From a virus: a stretch of 42,131 nt of DNA. Shown piece after piece: positions 1-5,853 of the stretch; position 1 is the first letter of the stretch; every line of letters begins with the position of its first letter. The stretch lies in IMG/VR virus record IMGVR_UViG_3300002064_000001, positions 1 to 42,131 of that record, one strand, 5' to 3'. The notes under the pieces are model-generated. The model was not told where the DNA came from and ran no database searches. It worked only from the letters and a program-made list of their open reading frames with translations. Position numbers and translations under genes: made by a program.

Positions 1-49
1 TATGCCGGGTACCAAGGTAAGATTCTTTACTGTAGCTAGTATAGGAACG
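1..49. repeat. 49-bp end overlap, identical to 42083..42131 (circularly closed or terminally redundant contig)
   Basis: First 49 bases (tatgccgggtaccaagg...gtataggaacg) are repeated exactly as the last 49 bases. The frame of ORF 2..1051 is continuous with the ATG at 41772. Confidence 0.9.
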
Positions 50-1051
50 AACCCAAGATTCTTTCAATCAACAGGCTCATTAACTGAACCACACTATGTA
101 ACAGTAGCAAGGTCTTCAGGTATGAGGGTGAAAAGAGGATTACAAGCAACAGCTCAACATCAACTAGGTTTCGTATACTTCCAAGATAATGGTCGAGGAA
201 AGTTTGATACCTATAATGTTACAGCTCAGAAGAGTGGGAACTTCCACTACCTAAAGGAAAAGTATTCTAGCGGTAAGCTAGTTAAGTCTCATGTCGAAGT
301 GTTAGTTTTAGGGGACATCCATCATGGTGTTACTAATAAATATGCTAGACTCAAATATCTAAAACAGATAGAGACTCTTCAACCTAAGTACGTAGTTCTT
401 CATGATTTGTTTGATGGTGAATCAATCAACCATCACAACAGACATAACTTAATTGACAGAATTAGAAATGCCGGTACAGTAAAAGACTCACTAGAGAATG
501 AATTAAAGTCATTGTCAAAAGAGATTAATTACTTAGGTAAACGATTCCCGGATGTTAAGTTTATCGTAGCTGAATCTAACCATGATGCGTTCTTAAGAAC
601 GTATGTAAAAGGTGGTGACTTCCATGATGATTTTATTAATTACATTATGGGAACGAAAGTCTTACTTGCTATCTACAATGACTTGACCAAAAAAGTTTTA
701 GAGGAATCATTGAAATTTGTTGGACCAATGCCATCAAACTTCACATTCTTAAGAGAGAATGACTCATTTAAAATTAGAGGAGTACAACTTGCACAACATG
801 GACACAAAGGTTCAAACGGTTCAAGAGGTTCTGCCTTAACATTTAAAAGATTAAATCTTCAAATGATTACAGGTCATACTCATAGTCCGCAACTCTATGG
901 TAATGGAATGATTGTTGGTACAAATACCAACTTAGAACAAGGTTACACTATTGGTGGAGCTAGTAGCTGGATGCATGCTAATGGGATTCTATATCCTGAT
1001 GGTACATATTCTCTGCTAACCTTTACTGCAAAGCAACCTATTGTTAGGTAA
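2..1051 (+). CDS. Calcineurin-like metallophosphoesterase, C-terminal part. The gene starts at 41772 and crosses the circular junction (about 453 aa in total).
   Basis: Motifs LGDIHHG, HDLFDGE, ESNHD, GHKG and TGHTH match the metallophosphoesterase signature (GDxHG / GDxxD / GNHD / GHxH). The ORF is in frame with 41772..42131 through the overlap. Confidence 0.75.
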   Translation: MPGTKVRFFTVASIGTNPRFFQSTGSLTEPHYVTVARSSGMRVKRGLQATAQHQLGFVYFQDNGRGKFDTYNVTAQKSGNFHYLKEKYSSGKLVKSHVEVLVLGDIHHGVTNKYARLKYLKQIETLQPKYVVLHDLFDGESINHHNRHNLIDRIRNAGTVKDSLENELKSLSKEINYLGKRFPDVKFIVAESNHDAFLRTYVKGGDFHDDFINYIMGTKVLLAIYNDLTKKVLEESLKFVGPMPSNFTFLRENDSFKIRGVQLAQHGHKGSNGSRGSALTFKRLNLQMITGHTHSPQLYGNGMIVGTNTNLEQGYTIGGASSWMHANGILYPDGTYSLLTFTAKQPIVR

Positions 1052-1055
1052 ATTT

Positions 1056-1090
1056 GTCCAGTTTATTAATTAATAAACTGGACTTTTTTT
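1056..1090 (+). terminator. Rho-independent terminator after the phosphoesterase gene
   Basis: Perfect 14+14 palindrome gtccagtttattaa/ttaataaactggac followed by T7. Confidence 0.8.
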
Positions 1091-1107
1091 ATACATAAAT
1101 CCTGTAC

Positions 1108-1141
1108 TAAGGGAATATTAGGGTGATATAAGGGAATATTA
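1108..1141. repeat. Two copies of 13-bp direct repeat TAAGGGAATATTA, 21 bp apart
   Basis: Exact copies at 1108-1120 and 1129-1141 in a gap between convergent terminators. Confidence 0.8.
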
Positions 1142-1174
1142 AAAAACCACCTAGGGGTAAAATTTCCCATAGGT

Positions 1175-1230
1175 GACATATGTGTCAATATATATATTTA
1201 AAATGTGGACATATATGTCAATATATATAT
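1175..1230. repeat. Two copies of a 23-bp direct repeat GACATAT(G/A)TGTCAATATATATAT, 33 bp apart, each with a GACA..TGTC palindromic core
   Basis: 1175-1197 and 1208-1230 differ at one position. The second copy contains the perfect 12-bp palindrome gacatatatgtc. Confidence 0.8.
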
Positions 1231-1231
1231 A

Positions 1232-1261
1232 CAAAGAATAAAAGCCCTACAAATGTAAGAC
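1232..1261 (-). terminator. Rho-independent terminator of the ncRNA/tRNA operon
   Basis: Minus-strand RNA GUCUUAC-AUUU-GUAGGGC (7 bp, 2 G.U) followed by UUUUAUUCUUU. The G.U pairs make it strand-specific. Confidence 0.6.
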
Positions 1262-1275
1262 CTTTATTACGGTTG

Positions 1276-1352
1276 TGGACCAGGTGAGAATCGAACTCAC
1301 GTTCATAGAGGTGCCCGTTGGGTTTTCCTCAATGGCTAACCAAATCTAGCCC
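1276..1352 (-). ncRNA. tRNA-like element with canonical acceptor stem and T-arm but a non-canonical D/anticodon region
   Basis: Minus-strand GGGCUAG...GUGAG-UUCGAUU-CUCAC-CUGGUCC-A gives a 7-bp acceptor and a 5-bp T stem with a UUCGAUU loop. The central 45 nt cannot be folded into a normal D-arm plus a 7-nt anticodon loop. The best fold is CCAUUG/CAACGG with a 9-nt loop AGGAAAACC. Confidence 0.45.
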
Positions 1353-1359
1353 TTTGTTG

Positions 1360-1443
1360 TGAAGATAGCTGGACTCGAACCAGCACGTTCGTAATGAACA
1401 GAAGGCTTTAAATCTTCCGTGTCTACCATTCCACCATATCCTC
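1360..1443 (-). tRNA. tRNA-Leu (anticodon UAA), type II with long variable arm
   Basis: Hand-folded cloverleaf. Acceptor is GAGGAUA/UAUCUUC and the D stem is GUG/CAC with a GG loop. The anticodon stem is GAAGA/CCUUC (one A.C mismatch) with loop UU-UAA-AG. The variable arm is GUUC/GAAC, the T-arm is GCUGG-UUCGAGU-CCAGC, and the discriminator is A. Confidence 0.85.
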
Positions 1444-1446
1444 ATT

Positions 1447-1660
1447 GTAATATCAGAGATGTGCCCTGGATGGATTGTCTTTCGACTATGAACTGCCGTT
1501 CTCCATCAACCCCTAGGTATGCATGATTGCATTATTTATTAATATTCAGGGAACTGGACGTTTGTTGTTAAACGAGAGCACTACTCTCCGCCCATACTAT
1601 ACCGCTAGGCATACCAGCCTTATAGGTAATTCAGTCACAGAGCACATCTCTGATATTACC
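1447..1660 (-). ncRNA. ~213-nt structured RNA closed by a perfect 18-bp helix, co-transcribed upstream of the tRNAs; class unknown
   Basis: 1447-1464 (gtaatatcagagatgtgc) is the exact reverse complement of 1642-1659. The interior holds multiple hairpins, including GAUGGA/UCCAUC (1469-1474/1502-1507), a GUC-GAAA-GAC GNRA hairpin (1477-1486), GAGAG/CUCUC and GUUU/AAAC. There is no ORF longer than 14 codons. The promoter sits 7 nt upstream of the helix. Confidence 0.6.
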
Positions 1661-1665
1661 TAAGT

Positions 1666-1674
1666 AGTATACCA
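1666..1674 (-). promoter_or_regulatory. Extended -10 promoter TGgTATACT for the ncRNA/tRNA operon
   Basis: Minus strand reads TGGTATACT-acttagg-GUAAUAUC..., so the hexamer ends 7 nt before the first base of the 18-bp helix. Confidence 0.6.
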
Positions 1675-1769
1675 CTAGATTGATATCTTGTACAACTACC
1701 TATTTATATACACAACATACTGTAGTTAATGTCAAGTATATATTAGCTAGAATATGTTACACTTGTATT

Positions 1770-1854
1770 GTATCGAAATGAGATAATGACGTCGTATCAA
1801 AACGTACAGTTTACTGTATCAATATGATACGATAGAGTAAGGCAAATGATACGA
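1770..1854. promoter_or_regulatory. Array of five GTATC(A/G)A / TCGTATCA sites upstream of ORF 1857
   Basis: Forward sites at 1770-1776, 1794-1800 and 1816-1822; reverse sites at 1825-1832 and 1847-1854. 1816-1830 forms GTATC-N5-GATAC. Confidence 0.55.
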
Positions 1855-1856
1855 TT

Positions 1857-2318
1857 ATGAAATATATTTATACAACGATTTTATTCGTGACAGTCGCCAT
1901 TTTGTATGGAGTCTATACCCACGAAGCAATTTCTCTCACCTTAGAAGAGCCTACAGAGGTTCAAAATATCGTGATTATTCACGAAAAGCCTAGTATTAAA
2001 GATTATGCTAGGTCAAAAGTAGGAGAAGAACAATGGAACAGTTTTAATAATATTATTCAGCACGAGAGTGGTTGGTGTCACACACGATGGAATGGTCAAC
2101 GAGGTTGCCCTGAAACTCCACGTGATACAAAACTATCTAGTGGTTCGTCTGCATACGGTCTCTGTCAAACAATGATGAGTCTATATGAAGAGGATTTACC
2201 AGAAGACTTTCGTACAAATCCATACAATCAAATTGATTGGTGTATCGCATATGCGTCTGAACGATATGGTTCACCAAACAATGCATGGCAGTTCTGGCAA
2301 CGGAACAGATGGTGGTAA
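1857..2318 (+). CDS. Membrane-anchored or secreted lytic transglycosylase-like (SLT/lysozyme-like) protein
   Basis: N-terminal hydrophobic helix. IIQHESGW...SSGSSAYGLCQ resembles the SLT E-S...S..GA.GLMQ signature. Confidence 0.5.
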   Translation: MKYIYTTILFVTVAILYGVYTHEAISLTLEEPTEVQNIVIIHEKPSIKDYARSKVGEEQWNSFNNIIQHESGWCHTRWNGQRGCPETPRDTKLSSGSSAYGLCQTMMSLYEEDLPEDFRTNPYNQIDWCIAYASERYGSPNNAWQFWQRNRWW

Positions 2319-2324
2319 TAAAAG

Positions 2325-2354
2325 AAGCAAGGATATTTAGTCCTTGCTTTTTTG
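2325..2354. terminator. Bidirectional rho-independent terminator between convergent genes
   Basis: aagcaagga-tatttag-tccttgctt followed by T-run on plus. The same hairpin is followed by CUUUUAUUA on minus. Confidence 0.7.
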
Positions 2355-2418
2355 CATGAGGTGTTAGCACATGCAGTAGATACACCGCCCCCTTTCTTTT
2401 AATTGTTAATACTAGATA

Positions 2419-2832
2419 TTACATGAATCCTCCTGGTAAACCAAATGGATACGAGTTGATTAATATCTCTATACGTTTACAGTCTTCTATAAACTCTTCT
2501 TTATCCTTCTCCCATTCACCTGTCATCTTAGGATAAAACTCCCAGAACATTCCACTCTTGTGTACATTCTTATAAGTTTGTTCATAGTCAGGTTTGGGTT
2601 CAGGCTCAACTTCTTCAAATTCTATTTCAATTTGTTTAGGGTCATCACATTCATCACACGGACTCTCTAGGATAGATGCGTCTTGTGACTTTGTGTAGAT
2701 GATGTGATTGTCGAAGTCTTCTGACTTGTCTAACCAACGCCCTCGCTCTGTTTGAAACTTGTTGTGAACTGAACAGACAGGAATAATATCTCTGCCTTCT
2801 TTTCTGTAGATTTCTTGTTTGTTGAATCCCAT
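2419..2832 (-). CDS. Hypothetical protein (acidic centre, 137 aa)
   Basis: ORF with ATG start, last gene of the minus arm. No motif recognised. Confidence 0.5.
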   Translation of the reverse strand: MGFNKQEIYRKEGRDIIPVCSVHNKFQTERGRWLDKSEDFDNHIIYTKSQDASILESPCDECDDPKQIEIEFEEVEPEPKPDYEQTYKNVHKSGMFWEFYPKMTGEWEKDKEEFIEDCKRIEILINSYPFGLPGGFM

Positions 2833-2882
2833 ACATATATATTTTATTTAATTAATGAATTATATCTCTATATCAGTATAAC

Positions 2883-2906
2883 AAAAAAACCAGCTTTACG
2901 CCAGTT
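2883..2906 (-). terminator. Rho-independent terminator after the lysis cassette
   Basis: Minus RNA AACUGGC-GUAAA-GCUGGUU (7 bp with 2 G.U) followed by U-run. On the plus strand the same positions are C.A mismatches. Confidence 0.6.
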
Positions 2907-2916
2907 CTTTTTTATG

Positions 2917-3222
2917 TTACTCCCAATCTTCTGTTACTACTTCATCAGGTTTTCCATCAGCAATAACTTTTAATCCCACAGCAGTTCCACCAAGTAAACC
3001 TCCTGTAATCAATCCAGCTAGAATTCCCATAACAGATATTCCGTCAGCCATAATAATAACAATAGTTCCAATCAACATACCAAGCCCTAGAGCGATGTAT
3101 GGTGTATAAGTTGACAGTTCATCTTTTAATAGTCCAGTAACCATAACAATAAATGCTGGTACTGATAGAACAGTTAGAGCAGATTGGATAAGCTCTACGT
3201 TTTGTGTTAATGTTTCAATCAT
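2917..3222 (-). CDS. Small multi-pass membrane protein with glycine zipper (holin/antiholin/spanin-like lysis accessory)
   Basis: 101 aa with about 3 hydrophobic helices and GLITGGLLGGTAVGL. It lies directly downstream of the endolysin. Confidence 0.45.
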   Translation of the reverse strand: MIETLTQNVELIQSALTVLSVPAFIVMVTGLLKDELSTYTPYIALGLGMLIGTIVIIMADGISVMGILAGLITGGLLGGTAVGLKVIADGKPDEVVTEDWE

Positions 3223-3240
3223 AATAATAATTAATTAATG

Positions 3241-4350
3241 TTAATAAAGCCAGTAAACATTCTGTGATTTGGTTGTATCCATATCCACGTGAATAAATGT
3301 TTTGGCAATTCCTATTCTAGTAAACCCTACTTGACGAAGTGCGTTTACTATTTTAAATCTATTAGCACTTGTTGTACATTTTAAATCTACAGCAAGACCC
3401 TTAAGGTGAGCAGAGTTTGCTACACCTCCAACAGCTTTGTTTTTAGCAGGACTTCTATAACCTGAAGTAATAATAAAAGATACACCTGCAATACCTCTAG
3501 CCTCATCTAGCTTCTGAACGAATTCAGGAACAAGGTTTATAACCTCATAAGGTTGGAAGTATTTGTATTTAGGTAACGCCTGTTTTTTTACAACAACAAT
3601 ATCTTTAACCTTAGCTTCAATATCTTCATCCATAGAACCTCCGTAGAAGTTTATTGAGCCAAGAGGGAAGTCTTCTAATACAAGCATAGCTAATCCTCTC
3701 CCCCATGAGTTCCATACATAGACATGATGTTTCCCATCAACTAATTCCATGTACGCAACCTTCATAGCATGACCTCCTGATTTAGTAGCATCAGGATAAA
3801 ACCTTCGTAACCATTTACCAAAATGCCTACCTCGTGAAGACTTAAATTTGTATACAGATATAGACACCATATCTAATTCATCTAATGCTTTCTTGATTAA
3901 GTCAAGCTTGTTACCAATAGTCATAAAAGATTTTATGTAAGTCTTATCTTCCTTGATATTAATACCTGGCATTTCCTCATAGTATTCATCAAAGTCATCC
4001 TTTGTGTCAAGTTTAATTTCTTTCTCACGAACGAGTCCGAATGTTTTAGCAAAGCGATAACCATTTAGGTGAAATAGTCCACCCTTATTCCCACCTTCAT
4101 ATATTCTATCTGTGTTTACGTAAGCGTAACCAGCATGATATTCCTTTCCTGTTGCTCCCTCAAGACCTGAAGCTATGGTGTGACCTACACAAGAAGGATG
4201 ACTACGTTGGTTCTTTTTAGTCAACTTCTTGATATCCTTATCACTCATACCCCAACGTGTCTTATTGTCGGAGTTACCTAGTTCAAGCTCTGAAAAATCT
4301 ACATTCCTTGGGTCATTTTCTAGCCCTTTTTTTAATCCTGTATTTATCAT
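3241..4350 (-). CDS. Two-domain endolysin: N-terminal papain-like (C1-type) cysteine peptidase plus C-terminal M15 zinc peptidase
   Basis: Q-x5-C (NQRSHPSC), GGHAMKV and VWNSWG match the papain Gln/Cys/His/Asn-Ser-Trp signatures. The C-terminal SGYRSPAKNKAVGGVANSAHLKGLAVDL...HVD matches Peptidase_M15. Confidence 0.7.
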   Translation of the reverse strand: MINTGLKKGLENDPRNVDFSELELGNSDNKTRWGMSDKDIKKLTKKNQRSHPSCVGHTIASGLEGATGKEYHAGYAYVNTDRIYEGGNKGGLFHLNGYRFAKTFGLVREKEIKLDTKDDFDEYYEEMPGINIKEDKTYIKSFMTIGNKLDLIKKALDELDMVSISVYKFKSSRGRHFGKWLRRFYPDATKSGGHAMKVAYMELVDGKHHVYVWNSWGRGLAMLVLEDFPLGSINFYGGSMDEDIEAKVKDIVVVKKQALPKYKYFQPYEVINLVPEFVQKLDEARGIAGVSFIITSGYRSPAKNKAVGGVANSAHLKGLAVDLKCTTSANRFKIVNALRQVGFTRIGIAKTFIHVDMDTTKSQNVYWLY

Positions 4351-4359
4351 AACATTATT

Positions 4360-4368
4360 ATTGTAACA
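4360..4368 (-). promoter_or_regulatory. Extended -10-like TGtTACAAT, 9 nt upstream of the endolysin ATG
   Basis: Minus strand ATGTTACAAT-aataatgtt-ATG. Confidence 0.35.
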
Positions 4369-4375
4369 TAAAACA

Positions 4376-4822
4376 CTAGCTTTTACTAGTGTCTCCTCGT
4401 TCTAAGAACGACATAAGAAGTGATTTGAATTTGTTTAATATTAGGTTCACAGCATCAATCTCCTTAATAGGTTCTCCTGTTTTAATAGTAGAGATATTAC
4501 CAATGATAGATAGTGCTTCTGATACAATCAGCATATTGATTGCCCATATTGCAAACATAGATAAGTCTAATCCAATACCTTTACCTGTCCATACAACAAC
4601 AAGCGGTACAAGTAGTACAAGGAATTTAAACAGTATTCCAAAAGATAAGGTACGTGATGTTAACTTTCTCCATCCCCCCACACGAACTGTAGCAATAAGA
4701 CCAGTGATTACATCAACAACTAAGAATGCACTTAGTATAGCAATAGATGTTTGGTCAAGCCCAGCTAGCAAGAACGGAATAAATCCAATCATTAAGTTTT
4801 TAAATCCGGCAGTTAAGTTCAT
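4376..4822 (-). CDS. Holin (phage_holin_4_1 / TcdE-like family)
   Basis: 148 aa with multiple TM helices. LVVDVITGLIATVRVGGWRKLTSRTLSFGILFK resembles the holin family 4 signature. It lies immediately upstream of the endolysin. Confidence 0.7.
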   Translation of the reverse strand: MNLTAGFKNLMIGFIPFLLAGLDQTSIAILSAFLVVDVITGLIATVRVGGWRKLTSRTLSFGILFKFLVLLVPLVVVWTGKGIGLDLSMFAIWAINMLIVSEALSIIGNISTIKTGEPIKEIDAVNLILNKFKSLLMSFLERGDTSKS

Positions 4823-4824
4823 AA

Positions 4825-5223
4825 TTAATTTGATTTGGTGGCATTCACAACATGACTTCCTTTCTCTCCGAAGATTGAAAATACTTTATCAAGTCGCTTT
4901 CTGAATGTTTTACCTCTGGTTGATAAGTTTGATTTAAGAGCATTATGCCCTGTAATTGCTGAGATTGTTTCGTTCCAATTTCCATATGGATGTCGCCCTT
5001 TACGGTTAAGATAAATATCATTATATCTTTCACCTGAACATGCATTGTCTATTCCGTCAAACGCTAATGCGATACTCCTGAATATAGGGGCAAGTTGTTT
5101 GTTTATGTTGTAGTCACCCTTAAGTGCATGCTTGAAGAATGTATAAAGAATACCAAAGATGGCATCTAGTGTAAACACAGTAATTCCCACAAGCATTATA
5201 ATGAATTGTTTTAATGCTTCCAT
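4825..5223 (-). CDS. Membrane-anchored hypothetical protein
   Basis: 132 aa with an N-terminal TM helix. It has its own TGgTATAAT promoter. Confidence 0.5.
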   Translation of the reverse strand: MEALKQFIIMLVGITVFTLDAIFGILYTFFKHALKGDYNINKQLAPIFRSIALAFDGIDNACSGERYNDIYLNRKGRHPYGNWNETISAITGHNALKSNLSTRGKTFRKRLDKVFSIFGEKGSHVVNATKSN

Positions 5224-5232
5224 AATGGATAC

Positions 5233-5241
5233 ATTATACCA
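5233..5241 (-). promoter_or_regulatory. Extended -10 promoter TGgTATAAT, 9 nt upstream of ATG 5223
   Basis: Minus strand cataTGGTATAAT-gtatccatt-ATG. Confidence 0.55.
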
Positions 5242-5258
5242 TATGCAATAAAAAAAGA

Positions 5259-5849
5259 CTAGCTTATTTCAAATAAGATAATCTCTTTTACAAGTAGGTT
5301 ACGTGTGCCATCTGGGTGTAGTATAGTGGTCTCTGCGTTAATATAAGGATTAAGTTCTCCATCATATGAAGCTAATCCATTAAAGAAATCTGCATCACCA
5401 TTCTTTTCGAATGACTCAATCTCCTTAGAGAAGTGGTCGAACACAATCTTAATAACAGGCTCAAGTGTTGTCCCTCTTGCTTTAGAACGTAGATAATCCA
5501 TTGTTCTAATTCTGTCATTACGCTTCTTTGTTTCAATCTTCTGAGGGTTCATCTTTTTAAACTTACGTTTATGAATACCCCATTCACCATCATGTTTATA
5601 CCAATAGAAGTCAATCCAGACACCATCAGCTACGTAGTCAAATTCACGTCTTACAGCAACCTTACCATCATAGTGGTGTTCGTGGTACTCTTTGACTCCA
5701 CCTCTACCGTAGTAAGGCTCCTGGTCATCAAGAGAGAGTAATGTAAAGTCAAAGGTAGGAATGTGAACAGGGCTGTCCATGTTCTCTAACTCTGGATATA
5801 TAACTAACTCTTGGTTTGATTCAGTTTTATTTATTGTAATATCATTCAT
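5259..5849 (-). CDS. Hypothetical protein downstream of the collagen-like fibre (possible fibre accessory/assembly protein)
   Basis: 196-aa ORF, 4 nt after the fibre gene. No motif recognised. Confidence 0.4.
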   Translation of the reverse strand: MNDITINKTESNQELVIYPELENMDSPVHIPTFDFTLLSLDDQEPYYGRGGVKEYHEHHYDGKVAVRREFDYVADGVWIDFYWYKHDGEWGIHKRKFKKMNPQKIETKKRNDRIRTMDYLRSKARGTTLEPVIKIVFDHFSKEIESFEKNGDADFFNGLASYDGELNPYINAETTILHPDGTRNLLVKEIILFEIS

Positions 5850-5853
5850 AATT

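Noticed and set aside
1447-1659. Interpretation of the 213-bp segment with perfect 18-bp terminal inverted repeats as a MITE-like mobile element
   Set aside because: No target-site duplication flanks it (catt / ctaa). A promoter is positioned exactly 7 nt from the helix. The interior has many additional helices, and it is fused to the tRNA transcription unit. A structured RNA is more parsimonious, but a mobile origin cannot be fully excluded without finding other copies.
4389-4904. 171-aa plus-strand ORF antisense to the holin gene, and similar antisense ORFs at 2137-2385, 8896-9168, 9525-9743, 10072-10629, 14274-14816, 16505-16741, 17415-18077, 19432-19629, 20671-20985, 23621-24178, 26466-26803, 28675-29004, 33432-33722 and 35881-36146
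   Set aside because: All lie entirely inside longer ORFs on the opposite strand that carry recognisable motifs or fit the operon structure. Their products are low-complexity Ser/Leu/Ile-rich shadows. None has its own promoter-like element.
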